Part shown: one piece after another, positions 13,951 to 27,190 of the stretch
Layout of the letters: each line of letters starts with the position of its first letter
How positions within the stretch are numbered: the first letter of the stretch is position 1
Assembly: GCF_036321535.1 (NCBI RefSeq)
Contig: NC_087447.1
Coordinates: 33,234,001-33,298,000 of the forward strand
Direction: 5' to 3'
Source of the DNA: Camelus dromedarius
Lineage: Eukaryota
DNA length: 64,000 nucleotides
Made by a program: the position numbers and the translations under genes
The notes under the pieces: model-generated
The model's input: the letters and a program-made list of their open reading frames with translations, nothing else
Databases searched by the model: none
What the model was told of the DNA's origin: nothing

Positions 13951-15665
13951 TTATGTTATTCTGGTCAATTTTTAAATAAGCTTGTATACATTCCTTTTTA
14001 TACACGTTTAAATGAACAGAGAGCAAGTTAGAACTAGTGATTACAGGGTGTGAATGATCCTTTCAATCACCACTCTAAGTCTCTTGATTACTTGCTATTT
14101 GTCCTTCCATATTTAAAATTGGAAGGTGTGCTAAAGCGGACAAATCCTCGTCCAGCTCTGTTAACACTCACAAGTATAGTTCTGCTGGCCGGAGACAGTG
14201 TCTTTTCTCACTTTCCGAGCCTGACTCTGAAGGTCTGAAAAGATTTCTGTCCTAGGAAACTCAGATGGTTTGTAGTCCGTCTTTAATGAAATCCAGCCTG
14301 TGAAAACCCGTAATTGCTTGCACGTATACCATTTCCAGGTCATTTTCTGCATCAGCCCCTGCCCACAGCAGCGTATATGAAATAACCGCAGATGCCAGCA
14401 ATGTCCCGTACCTTGCTTACAGTTACAGTCACCGTCTTTAGTGGAGGAAACTGAAGAGCCAACAACGGGTAGCTAAGGGGAAAACCCGATTCTGCCCAGC
14501 TCAGAACGCGATATCCATGTCAGAATCCCCAGTCCTGGCTGCTGCAGACTCTACATCTGTGCTGGACACTGGTGAGGGGATGAGCTGAGGCTGCTTCCGA
14601 CCTTTGTCCTGTCAGCTGAACTGAGCCACATAAAGAGAGTAAAAGACTGTTTCCAAAGCTGTGCTTCTCAGCCCAACCCATAAGCATTAGAATCAATAAA
14701 ATTTCCCCCAGACTCTGGAGAACCGTTTAGTCATCTTTAATGAAGAATTTAAGAGTTCAGCTGTTTATGTCTTTATAAAAATTCACCCAGAATCAATAAG
14801 AACCCAAGAGAGACACAACCAGAGACTCTGACAGATTCTGCATTGTCCCAGGACCGAGCTTTTCTCTTCACCCTTCTCAATAACCATGTCTCTTCTGAAC
14901 TCTGTGCCCCATGACCCAAGATAGAAAAATGGAAAGATAAGAACACAGCAGGAAATTTACATTCTTATGAGTTTCAGAGTGAAGTGAGCCCAAAACATTG
15001 TAGAGCTGACACCTTGGCAAAGACAGATCTGAGCACTTATCACCCACGGTGACTTCAAGCAAGAATCTCCCTCCTTTTGCTCATAACATGGTGAGTGTAA
15101 AGGAAGAGTATCTGAAGTAGAGCAATACATGTACTATTGATCTTAACTCACTTTTAAGGAAGGTACAGGAAGATACCTGGAAGGTTCTGTGGATCAGACA
15201 ATGGGTAGATCAAAAAAGAGATAGACTTCATTGCAGACTTAAGAGGCACTAAGTTCATGCATTCAGGAATGTCTTTGGTATGGTATATAACCTGTTGCTC
15301 CTGCAGAATTTGGTCATACTATAGAAAACCTAAAGGTCTAAATATTCCATACATCATAGTACCTCCTTAATTTCTGTATGAAAAGGAACCCCATAGAGGA
15401 AAGAGATAGGGAAATCCACAGGAATCGCTACCCATCAAGTCCATCAAATGAAATTTATATAATCCTAGACTCCTAAATGACCTCTCTGCCCCATGAAAAT
15501 TAATCAAGGAATCCTGTTAATTCAACCTCAGAGAATTCTCTGAATTCCTCCCTGTATCACTGCCTCATACAATCACGCACACCCTCAGCCTCTGACCCCA
15601 CCCAAATTCAAATCCTCTTGTATCTTCCATCTGAGAAGTGTAATAACCTCCTGTAAGTTTTCTTC

Positions 15666-15895
15666 CAGGGGTTCTCAAGCTTGGCTGCACTTTCCAATTA
15701 CCGGGGAAGCTTCTTCAAACTACTCATGTATGGAAGAACTTTGTGGTATATAAATTGTATCTCAATAAGGCTGTTACAAAAATGCTCGTGTATAAACTCC
15801 ACCCCAGGATAATTAAATCAGTATCTCTGGGATTCTGGTCACTGCATTGGCACTCTTTGGAACACTGCAAGCGATTCTAGTGCGCAGTCAGGGTG
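15666..15895. mobile_element. MER5-family hAT DNA transposon containing a ~50-bp L1 tail
   Basis: caggggttctcaagcttggctgcac ... aaatcagtatctctggg ... gattctagtgcgcag. Confidence 0.75.
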
Positions 15896-15921
15896 ACGAT
15901 CAATGCTAAGGTCTCATCCAT

Positions 15922-16090
15922 CAGTAGCTTCCAAACTTGGATTATTAGAATGTATGAGAGACCTTTTCAAAATGCAGAAACTGGTACACAGTCTCTACAA
16001 CCTCCCCATGTCCCAACTCCCAACTTCTCATTCATTAGATCTGAGTTACTGCTTTCAAGAAAAATGCTACCCAAGTGATTCTGATGACGG
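15922..16090. mobile_element. MER5-like fragment
   Basis: cagtagcttccaaacttgg ... ttttcaaaatgcaga ... cccaagtgattctgatg. Confidence 0.55.
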
Positions 16091-16148
16091 TGAGTTAGGT
16101 AGGGCTCCATTACCAGGCTGCCCACACAAGAGTGCTGTGCTTCCTACA

Positions 16149-16310
16149 GCAGGGCTTCTCAAATGCTCAAGTGCCTACAAGTGACTTGGGAGTCTCGTTA
16201 ATACGCAGAATTGATTCAGTACGTCTGGGAGGGTCCTAGATTCTGCGTTTCTGATAAACTCCCAGATGATGTTGATGGTGCTGGTCCTGGGCCACATTAT
16301 GGGCAGCAGA
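16149..16310. mobile_element. MER5A/B DNA transposon
   Basis: cagggcttctcaaa ... gattcagtacgtctggg ... ctgcgtttctgataaactcccagatgatgttgatggtgctggtcc. Confidence 0.8.
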
Positions 16311-18574
16311 GTCCTTGATCTCCTAGAAATGCCGTGTACCACCGAAACTCATCCTCAACGAATAAGGCTTCAAGACCAGTTTTCCCAGCCTTGCTCTAGT
16401 TCCCAATTATATGATACTGAAGGTTTGTCTTTTTTTAATCCTGGACTACTTTATATCCAACAGCTAGAGGAAGCAGGGAGTTCCCCATTTCTCTCCGGCT
16501 TACGCTTACTGCCTAAAAGAAGCCCCTTTCTCAACAGATAATGGAAAAGGTTTACTTGTCTCCTGTTTTCAGCCCCTAAATTAATTGGTTGAACCTAGCT
16601 ACAAAAACAATTTAAATATATTACTAAAATGTGAAGTAATAAAATGAAACTGTTTTTCTTGTTTTCACTTTACTGCCTTTAAATCTCAGATTAAATGCTA
16701 CTTCTTCCAGGAAGCCTTCCCTGACTCTGCTTACTCGTAACCTTGGCTTCCATGAGCTGATGTATTCCCTTCAGATGCCACCACGTAGCCCTTGATAGCA
16801 CACAGTTGTGATGCCATGCATCAGTTTCATGCATCAAAGTCTTATCCCATCCACTAGGCCTTGCATCTGAGGGGCTGGCTTCTCCTTTGGCTCAACACTC
16901 AAAAGTTATGCAGGAACTCAACTTGAAAATCATCAACTCATTCATCAGACAAACTGTACTTACTGACACCCATTTATATCCAACTGCAGTTCCCAAATTC
17001 TAAGACTGTGACAGACCAAAAACTTACTTTATATCTGTACTTTTCTCTCTTCCATTCAGGAAACACACCCAGGCCATCTTGGAAAATTGCACCCTCTGAT
17101 TCCTTCTCTGGAATCTCCAGGCATTGAGAACTCAGATGAATCCTAAGTAATCTACTCAAATGCGGCCCATGATGATTACCCAAGATTATCAGCAAAACGC
17201 TAGAGCTAATTAGGGCCTGTTACCTGCCTCCCAGGTGATGAGGCCAGACAGACATTCAACACAACTTCCAGGTGTGGAGAGTCGGCTCCAAGTCATGTGT
17301 TACAAAACTGGCAAAGAGCAGCTAACGACGTCAGCGGCAGCGAGAAAAAGGGAGGGAGACTGCCCACAAAGGAACGGCTCAGGGAGCTTTGAGGGTATTA
17401 ACGATGAGGAAATGCAGGAACACAGAGCAAGTGAGATTAAAAGGTCAGGGCATTTAGAGAAGTGTTACTGTGCTCTAGGCCTCATAGAAAATGCCAAGAA
17501 CCTGCAGGGAGAAGAGCACTCTTCCGCAATGAACTATCGAGGTTTAAAATAAAAATAGAATCAAAGTCAGAGCTCTGCTGCTGAGGGGCGGTGGGAAACA
17601 ACTTAGCTGAGAACTGTAAGTAAAATCCTGAGATCACCCTGTCCAGGACAATCCTGGCAAGAGAACTGTGACAGATGAAGTTTCAGTATTTCAACTTGTA
17701 TTGTTCTTTCCTTCAAATAACAATGGAGTGATTTACAAGCACTGAGAGTTTCCATTCCAAGCCATCAGACTTGTGTTTAATAATCCCCACATTTATTGAC
17801 TTGATTATTGTATGCCATTCGGGCTATTAGCCACATCTGCTACCCAGAAGTTCACCTACTATATTAGCAACTCTAATGGCTTCCAGCTCCAAGCTAAACA
17901 AGTTCACAGAACAAGACTTCATAAAGAGACCTTAGTTGCTAGTTTAAATTCATTCCCTTCTGCATATGTTAATAATGAGATAATCCTAGTTCCCCTGATA
18001 ATGAGAAGATCGTGGCTCCCAATTTTCTTGGCTTCTGGCAAACTTCCACTATCCACTGGGGCAGCACGATGAAGACCTGATCACTGTGAGACAAACTGAA
18101 CCATCAGACAGCAAAGAAACCATACCCGGACAGCTACGATGTCAGGCCTCAAAGACGGCTAAGTACTTTCATTCAAAGACACTCACTCCTTAAGGAAGGA
18201 AATGGAAATGCTTTCCAGAGTGATCATCTCACGAGGTCACCTATGGGACCGAAGGACTGGAAGAATTTTCCATTTCCTCCCCTTTTAGAGTCAAGCTTTG
18301 AGTCCAGATGTCCAAGTCCATGAGCCACCTGCTGCTTCCAAGTGCCACCCTCAACAGTCTAGACACACAGGGTCAACAGAGAGAGATTAGAAGTCACAGG
18401 ATGAAATAACCATTGGCCTGAGACCAGTCCAAAGCCACACTGATGACACGGAAAGGGCTCTGGATGATAGGAGACTGTTTCGTGAGATGCCAGTTTATAA
18501 ATATCTAGTCCTCCTTCCAACTACAAAATGTTGTTTGTTTGGGGTTTTTTTTTGGCAGATGGAGTAACTTAATA

Positions 18575-18950
18575 ATAATAACTATTATTATTACTACTAT
18601 CCTTACCGCTTACTGAGAGAAGAATGCATGCCTGATTTATTGCTAAATGCTTAATACGCATTATCCATTAATTCCCTTAAGTAGTATGCATTAAGTATCT
18701 GCTATGGGGACTGGGGTTATGGCAATGTTCAAATTAGACTCAATCCCTTCCCCAGAGAAAACATATCTTTTGATCAATTTATTTACTTTATCTTCACAAT
18801 AAACTTACTTAGATAGGTACAATTACTTTTATTTTGCAAATGTTGAAACTGAGACTGAAAATTTGCCTGAGAGTACACTGTGAATAAGGGAAGTGCAGGA
18901 TTTAAAACCAAGGTGCCCTGATTCCAAAGCCATGTTCTTAACCTCTTAGC
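18575..18950 (-). mobile_element. MIR fragments (with a probable L2 tail piece)
   Basis: attttgcaaatgttgaaactgagac ... ggatttaaaaccaagg ... tgattccaaagcccatgttcttaac. Confidence 0.7.
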
Positions 18951-21145
18951 TAGGCTGATGTTCGGAGACTCTAAGGCAAACCTGGCTATATAACGCAGGA
19001 GGACTGAAAACAAGTTTCGCTCTTAAGAGTACGTGGGGTATTTACAGTGGGGGCATGCTTGTCAGTTTCTAGGCAAGCAAGATAAGCAGGGTTTCCAGTT
19101 GCCAAAATGATGGAGGGAAAAAAAAAAACTGCCTGGTTATTACCCATCTGGCAAGTGGCATAGTTGACTTGGCTAAAAATCTTTCCTACATGGAGATGCT
19201 GTTTAAGGCCTCTTCAGGCTCAGATCTTGGACAATGATTCTCAAATTTCTTTAGATGCAAATCGTAGATGTCATGGGGCTCCTTGCAACTCATCGTGAAT
19301 GACTGAGATATTATACTTCAATCACACTGTACCGAAAAGTGTATGTTCAGCACATCCCAGGCTCCACATGAGATAAGAAACAGCAGGTGCCAATGTCAAG
19401 AAAAAGCATGGAGGCATGTCTTTGAAATAAACACATTCTGCGTATTAATGTATTTTTATGCAAAGTAGGAAAACATCAATATTGTTCAATTTTAGTAGCA
19501 GGACCCTCATGGAGCCCCTGAAACAGTAGGAATAGGCACACTTGGATCAGCCCCATTGTCTGGTTTTTCAATTCTTTTGCCTTTAACTGCAGTTTCTGAG
19601 AATCCAAGCTCCCAACACCATGAGAGAAAAAAGAGCTCTGGTTCGAAGCCCATCCAGGATCTTCAATCACCGAGTCTACCAATTCCAAAACACCCCTCAC
19701 GTGTACAAGGGCTCCTTAACTCCTGAAATCTCTCTCTCTCTTAAACAAGAAAGCCCCAGAGGAGAAAGGCTCTGTACAGATATCAGTGTGCAGCCAGCTT
19801 CCTTCACGTTTTCCTCTCGTTTAATTTAGCACAAGGCTCCACACTGCTCCAAATCACCATCAGTGTACCTTTGGCGTCAGGCTACTTCAATACAACAGCC
19901 TTGGGGTGACCAGGTAAGTAAGCTGCTTAGGGTGTGAGATGAACCAACACGCCATTTGGGGCAGGAAGATAACTTTGTCCCTTCACTTTCACTGACCAGG
20001 TGGTCCCCGGGCAGCACCATACTTGTCTGCGAGCACCCATACACCCGAGAGAGGGAAGAAATGTCGTAAGGGACTATGCAGGAAGCACCTGCTGTGTGTC
20101 CGGCATTGTGCCCACACACTTCATCTTTTTTAAAGCTTACAAGGTCCTGAAAAAAGCTCAGAGACATTCAATAACTTTCCCAAACAGGGTCACATGGTAA
20201 GACCATAAGGAGTGAAGTTAAGAAGAAAGCCTGGCTTTCTGCCTCCAAAGTCCCCATTTTTCCAATATGTTCTTCTGGCCTTTAACGGATGATTCCCAGC
20301 CTACAGTATAACAGTCATTTCAAGTAAGATTCAAAAATTCTCTGAATAAAACTGCAAAACACAACTAAAAAAAAAAATGCAATTTTAAAACCTTCAATAA
20401 TTAATGTCCACCTCACAACACTCGGTGTGCAAGAACAGGCCTGATGAAGTCACATCAGGTTACACGACTTGACGAAAGGTGGGCGCTTGCTGGACTAAGT
20501 GGGCAGTTCCCGCTCTCCACACTGCCTCCCACCTGGCCTCCTTCCCCCACAGCAACATTACTAAGCCAAGTGCCAGCGGTAACGCTCCAAAGGTCCCCTT
20601 CCTGAGATCTCTAAGGGGTGTTGACAACTTCTAGAAGCCCACACCGCAAATGGAAGGTACGGCGAGTAATAATTTTCCACCCAGCAAACCACCCAAAGGG
20701 CTTGAAAAACAAACTCGTCTGTTTCCACCTTCTAAGAGCCTCTGTTCTTGCCAAGTGGACAGAGACGTTCACTGCTGTTATCAACTCCAGCCTGAAAGAG
20801 CCAAACGGCGTGTTTTCACGAGAAAGACAATGCCAAAAGAAAGGCAGAGTCTGGCTCTGCTGTGTGGACGTTAGGTCCCCAAGGACAACTAAGGTGTATC
20901 TGTGCACACACGTGGTGACAGCTAATCCAGTCCCTCTGTCACTCCCTCAGCTCAGGGGCTCACCCAGCCTCCAAAGCCTTGTTTATTAAATAAACATTAA
21001 GCACTTTATGAGGCCCTGGGGAATTCTCCTTCAAGCAAACCTAAGGCATCCTTAGGTAGTCTCGCACCACTAATCCAGCCCCAAGGCTGATCTGTTCAGT
21101 TTACCTCCAGCCAAACTGCACAGCCGTGGCAGGCACCTGGGCTCC

Positions 21146-21801
21146 TGAGACAGGAGGCAAGAGGGCAGGGCACAGCCGTTAAATGAATGGCACAGCCACT
21201 AGCACCAAGATGGTGGAAGACTCAACTCCCAATGGAACCTGAGGCCTAAGATGGTGGGAGATTTGACTTCCAGTAGACTTGAACTTCATTATAAGCTCAC
21301 TGTAACCTATTAGCATGGTAAATGACGCTCCCACAGGCGCCATGACTATTCCAAGGCTAACCGTAAAAGGTCTAAGAGTGAGCAGTGGCCCAGTTCCTGG
21401 AACTCCCAGCCCCTTCCCCAAAGTAATTGGAACAACCCTCCTACTTATCAGCATATGAAATAACCGAGTCCATAAAAACTAACAACCCCCACGGCTCGTG
21501 GCTGCTCTCCGTTCTCAGGGGGCGGGACCGCCCTGTCTGTGGAGTATGTGACTACTTTTACCTTAAACCAAGCACCCAACCCCACAACTCATGGCCCTTC
21601 TGGCCTTCTGAGATGTCCCACACTCTGTCTATGGAGTGTCCATCTCTCTGAATAAATCTGTTTTTACTCCACTTACGGCTCACTCTTGAATTCTTTCCTG
21701 CGTGAAGCCAAGGACCCTCACTTGGCAGGGTGTGTGCCAGGCACTCGACCGAGACCTGCGACATGGCCATCCTCTTGTCCACCATTTTTTTTCCTGGGTC
21801 A
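21146..21801 (+). mobile_element. Solo ERV1 LTR, MER41-like
   Basis: TG...CA ends; MER41 hallmark blocks caagatgg, ctcccacaggcgccatgac, ctgtctatggagt, AATAAA and gaattctttcctgcgtgaagccaaggaccctc. No clean TSD seen. Confidence 0.85.
21394..21402. promoter_or_regulatory. GAS (STAT) motif TTCCTGGAA inside the MER41-like LTR
   Basis: Exact TTCnnnGAA within the palindrome AGTTCC-T-GGAACT. Function not shown. Confidence 0.5.
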
Positions 21802-22109
21802 AATCTGTCAATAGCAGACTGACCTGAACACTGGCCTTTTCTTCCTTCTTTTGGCTCTTCCAAGTTCAGATACTGACCAGACTCTCAGCAGGGCCCACCC
21901 ACAGGCTATATCCATTTATCTTGAGCAGACATGTCATCAAAAGAAAACGTGTCTGTTTGAACATATGTGTGTTCTGTGTTTACATGTGTATGTTGAAAAG
22001 CAGAGAGGAATTAAGAAGAGATCGAGAGTGAGCCCCAGACAGAGAAAATGGTTCGGTTTCTGTATTGAACCAGTCAGTGGATTAGAATCCACATAGAGTC
22101 ATGCTCTGC

Positions 22110-22320
22110 TTCTGTAACTAAGTGGAAGAGGGTAGGCTCTGGACTCAGATGGTCCTGCTTTAAATCCTAACTCTACTCATTAACTCAGTGGCCTTGGGCA
22201 AATCAATTAAGCTCTCAAAGTCTACGTCTAAGCCAGGGAGAATATTTACTGTGAGGATTAAACGAGGCAACACACGTAAAAGGTATAAAACAGGACACGC
22301 CACAAGGTAGGCACTGCGGA
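22110..22320 (+). mobile_element. MIR SINE
   Basis: gctctggactcaga ... gccttgggcaaatcaattaagctctc ... gtgaggattaaacgag. Confidence 0.8.
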
Positions 22321-25034
22321 GATAGCCCCTGTTCACATTGTCTCTCTGTTCTGTGAAGCAGGGCCCCTCCTGCAAACGGACTCGCGTTCACCGTGTTGAA
22401 AGGTCTGGTGCACAACCCAAGTCCGCCCCACACCAGAATGAACACGTCATCCTTTTTGAGGAGGACTTACTTAAAACTAGGAAAGTGTCAAACCTAGGAG
22501 GAAAAAGAATATAAATTACAGAGTTTTAGGAATGTAGGTTGTTTACGGTATACGCCGAGCCAATGCTCCTCCCAAGCACTTGGCATGTGCCTCCCGTTCA
22601 TTTCTAGACTTTTCTGTGAATGCATTTTTCCTCAGTGAGGAGAGAACTCGTCACTTCTTCCCTTGGCCAAAGACCGTCCTGAAAATATTCCTCTGAACAT
22701 TATGGTCTTGCTCCCAGGACGTGCACGGTCTCAGCAGAGCAAGCCTTACTCCAATTAGAGACAGAGTGTTTTAGCTGCGGCTGGACTAGGAAGACTGAAC
22801 ATTACTTTAGAATGCAAGACTTTCAGAAAATGCCGTGCCTGTAAATTTAGAAGGTTTCACGTCCTGCAAGCAGTCAGAATCTAGGACACCTGACTTCATG
22901 TGCTGTCCAGAAATCTCCCTTGATCATTTGCTTTCCTTGTACTTGTCAGGGACTGTCATGTTTAAAAAGTATGACTTTGCCATGAATTTCTCTTTCATAT
23001 TCAAAAACCAACCAACAGAAATGAAACAATAAAAAATTTAAATATACTCTAGTTAAGCTTATCTTTTACTGTGAAGGGAGGTAAAGTCAAAGAAGCAGCA
23101 CTATTTAGGAACTAGTACGTGTCAGATAGCCTCACGCCCCACCTTATTCAAGCCTTAACAAGAGGTAAGATCCAAGAGGGCAGAAACTACTTTATTCAGC
23201 ATTAATACCCAGGGCCTAGAACACTGCCTGGCACCTAGGAGCTCTCAATAAATATCCACTGAACGACTGAATCCCAGCACCTGTTATTTCACAGATCAGT
23301 AAGCTGAGGAACACAAAGAGAAATAAATAACTCGCCCAAAGTATTCAGACGAGGGAAAAAACCACAGATTGAAAATTGTAAATCCACAGCCCATGGTATT
23401 CCCACCGTTCCACGATGTACTTTGTCACGGCATATTAAAAACAAAAGTAAAAGCCAAAAACATTCCTTTGCCAACTCCACCGATACACCGTCAGAGCAGA
23501 AAGTAAAACACTTGCTCTGGACAACGGCCAAGGCCAAATCTGAGCGCATCAGAGGATGAACGCAATGCCAGGGCTGCGTGCTAAGGCTTCCCTATCAGAG
23601 CGATGAACGTGGGATCCTGAGGGGGCCGGGGGACATCCTGTCTTCACGGAGAGATTCGCAGCTCTAAGTAAGGGGAAGGGGGTGTCATCACCTGTCATTC
23701 AGATTTTTAGCCTGAAAAGCCTTTTGTTTCATTACCAGCAAGGACTCCAGAGCAAATGAGCACAAGAGAACAATCAAATTTGATGAACTGTATTCACTGA
23801 AAAGTGCAACTAGGAATCCCACTCAGAAAAAAGCTACAAATCAGACAGACTGCAATACGCAAAATTATAAATGAGTTAAGGACACCTAGAGCAGACATGG
23901 GTGAGTTCCCCTGCAAAGGCATAAGATGTTTATAAAAGGCCCCGGCCAGAGCATTTTGACAATAAGAGAGAAATACTTGATCCTTGAAGATTGCTAGTTT
24001 GATTTTTCCAACTGGCATTTTCTCTTTCTTCTGTAGCACACAGGATATCAGAACGTTTAATCACACAAACACTTAATCACTTGAATGGGGAAGAGACGTT
24101 TCTTCCCAGATTCACTGCAAAACCTTTTGCCTGGTTTTATAACTGAAAGTGAATTCTGAGTTAAAACGAGCAGTGTCCCCTTAGAATTATTTACTCCACA
24201 GTGAACATCCAGCCCTATCTAATACAGCTAGGACTAGACAATCGCTTTGAATTCAATACATGCAATCCAGTGCCAGGCTACCAGGAAAATAAAAAGGGAA
24301 TCTATTATCTAGGGTGGTAAAAACAAAATCAATGGTTTGTACTCTTTTTTGAAGACGCTTAATAATTCTCTAGGCATCCTCACTGAATCAGGGTGGAAAA
24401 TACATTCATGGTGACATGAACAAACTATATTATAGCAAATTGAGTCAAGGAGCAAAATCATCAACTCATTCTAGTAAATCTAAAAGCAGTGTGTCCAAGA
24501 CACCCAAGGTGACTTCTGAGAAACACAGAACTTATGTAACAAAAGCTAGGGCACCGTCTACACTTGGACTCCTCTAACATCCTGCCATCACGAAGCAAGA
24601 GGGAGCCAGATCCTTTTAAAAGGTCCCTCTCAGATGAAACAGCTTCTAACCGTTCTGGTATCCAGGGTCATTTAATCCATTAGGCTTATAACCTTGTAAG
24701 TTTTTTTAGGTGCCTATAAGCTTTAAGACTTGGGGGTTGGCGGGGGGAGTATGTGCTCAAAAATGCAAAAAGAAAACTACACAATCAATATCAACATGTG
24801 TTGATTTGTCTACAAAACATACCATTATATCAATTTCACAAATAGTCAAAATACACATTTGCAAAAATACCTTTACATCTGAAAACAATTTGTAGATTAT
24901 ATTTTTCTCACTTAACCCTGGGTATGCATAATGATGGTTCAGAAATCCAAGTCATTAGTGGATTAAATCTGTAACTTGGGTCAAAAGTTCAAAAGCATAA
25001 TTAATAAAAGCCTTTAAAATGATTATAGTAAAAA

Positions 25035-25161
25035 CGGGAAAATAATCTGAAAGTATTTACATGTAGGTATATGTATAACTGAATCATTTTTCTGTACACT
25101 TGAAACTAACATTGTAAATCAACTATATTTCAATAAAAAAAATTTTAAAGAAATACAAAAA
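25035..25161 (+). mobile_element. Very short 5'-truncated L1 tail with TSD
   Basis: atgtataactgaatca ... gtaaatcaactatatttcaataaaa; 13-bp TSD attatagtaaaaa at 25022-25034 and 25162-25174. Confidence 0.9.
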
Positions 25162-25380
25162 ATTATAGTAAAAATTGCTATTTAATAGAGCGTGTGAGTA
25201 TGTTTTAATTTGTTTAATATGAAGGGTTAGGTCCTCAGAGGTATAAGCACTCAACACTTAGGAGTTTAAATGCCTCCCCTGCCCCCAGCATCCTCTACTC
25301 TTCCCCATCCTTCCTCCACAGCCCCTGCAGTGTGACATTTATAAAATACTAATGTAATCAGAAAACAACTCTGTTTACAC

Positions 25381-25503
25381 TTTTTAGGGGGGTGGTGATA
25401 ATTAGATTTATTTATTTTTTTTAATGGAGATACTGGGGATTGAACCCAGGACTTGGTGTATGCTAAGCACGTGCTCCACCACTGAGCTAGACCGTCTCCT
25501 CCC
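25381..25503 (-). mobile_element. Camelid vic-1-type SINE inserted in an L2
   Basis: atactggggattgaacccaggac ... atgctaagcacgtgctccaccactgagcta; tail tttatttatttt and gggggg. Confidence 0.92.
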
Positions 25504-25619
25504 TGCTTAATATTGAGTGGCTTCTCATTGCACTTAAGATAAAACCCAAACTTCTTACCATGGCCTAAAAGACATCCAGTGCCCAGTCTCCCCTTGGACC
25601 ACTCAGTTCCTCACTCTCC

Positions 25620-26440
25620 AATTTTTGAGGAAATCCTGTTAACTCTACCTTCAAAACATATCCAGAATCTGACCATTCTCACTGCTCCTCTGCTATCACC
25701 CTATTCTGAGCAATCATCATCTCTTGCCTGGATCATGACAAGTGTCTCATAGCAAGTCTCTCTTCTTCAATCCTTGCTTGTTATAGTCAATTTTTAGGTA
25801 GCCTGAGTGAATCTGTTTAAAAAGGAGTCAGGTCATGTTACTGCTCTGCTCAAAATTCTCCAGTGGAAGAGCTCCATCAGAATAAAATCCAAAGTCCCCC
25901 GCAATGGTCTAAGAGGCCGGGCACACTCTGGCCGCCTCCTCCCTCTACTTTTCTCCTCTCCCTTCATCTTCACTTGCTCTTGCTGTCCTATTCACACTGG
26001 CCTTCAATGTGTTCCATAAACCCACCAGGAAAATCTCTGCCTTCAGGCCTTTGGACGGGCTATCTCCTTGGCTGAGAACATTCTTCCTCAAGATGTCTGC
26101 AGGGCTGACTCCCTTGCCTCCTTCAAGTCTCTGCTTTACTGTCACTCTCTAAGAAGACTTACTGTGACCACCACAGAATCAATCACAACCCATCACTGCC
26201 CCACCAACCACATCGGCGCTGGGAGTCCCCCTTCTACTTTTGCTTCTACCCGGTGCACCTCCTTGTAATATCTTCTATAACTGATTTATACAGTAGGGGT
26301 TTTGTTTGTTTGTTTATTGTCTGTCTGCCCCTGCTAAAACGTAAGTTCTGAGAGAGCAGGGACGTTGGATGTTAATGATACATTTTGAGTTTCTAGGACT
26401 ATCCCCAGCAGCTCAAAAAACATAGGTTCAATGATGAATT
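25620..26440 (+). mobile_element. LINE-2 (L2a-like) 3' portion
   Basis: ctctaccttcaaaacatatccagaatctgacc ... gctgactcccttgcctccttcaagtctctgct ... gtaagttctgagagagcaggga. Confidence 0.85.
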
Positions 26441-26476
26441 GGTCTCTTTGCTCTTCCCACACTGGACTTCTCAGTC

Positions 26477-27190
26477 TGTTGTGTAATAAAAATTTGTCTG
26501 GTCTTTGTCTTGAGTTCTGGGCACAGAGCTTTTAAAACTCATGGAATTTCCCAAGTAACAGAACTGTCTTTGTTACTCATGAGCCCCCTGAATCACACTT
26601 TGAGTTTATACTAATGCGGAACTCTTGGTGGCCACTAGATAACTTCAGGATGGGGGCTAGTCACCAGAAAGACCAACCATGGGATCAGAGGGTTGGCACT
26701 TGGAGCCAACCTGACCTCCAGGGAAATGAACGGGGCTGGAGATTGAATTCAATCGTATTGCCGATGATTCAATCAATCACCTCTATGTAATAAAATCCCA
26801 GTTAAAAATTCAGTACACCAAAGTTCAGTGGACTTCCCCAGTTGGTAAACACAATGATATGTCAGGAGGGTGACACGCCCTGACTCCACAGGGAGAGGAC
26901 GTGGAAGCTCTGTGTTTGGGACCCTCCCAGACCTCACCCTATGTGTTTCTTTATTTGGCTACTCCTGATTGGTATGCTTTATAAGCTATAATGGTAATTA
27001 CAGAACTTATCTGAGTTCTGTGTCTTGTTCTAGTGAATTACTGAACCCAAGGAAGGCTGTGAGAACCACCCCAGATCTGCAGCCAACCGGTCTGCAGTGA
27101 GGCAGTCTTGTGCGCTGTGGCCTGTGCCTTATAGGGTCTGTGCTCATTGCTGTGCTTAGGGCCAGACTGAATGCAGTACACCTGCCAATG
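26477..27190 (+). mobile_element. MER21-family solo LTR
   Basis: tgttgtgtaataaaaatttgtctggtctttgtc ... caggatgggggctagtcaccagaaagaccaacc ... ggaagctctgtgtttgggaccctcccagacctcacccta. Confidence 0.85.

Noticed and set aside
16974..17195. Minus-strand ORF with a strong internal donor AAA|gtaagt at 17028
   Set aside because: No convincing acceptor or promoter upstream; peptide unrecognised.
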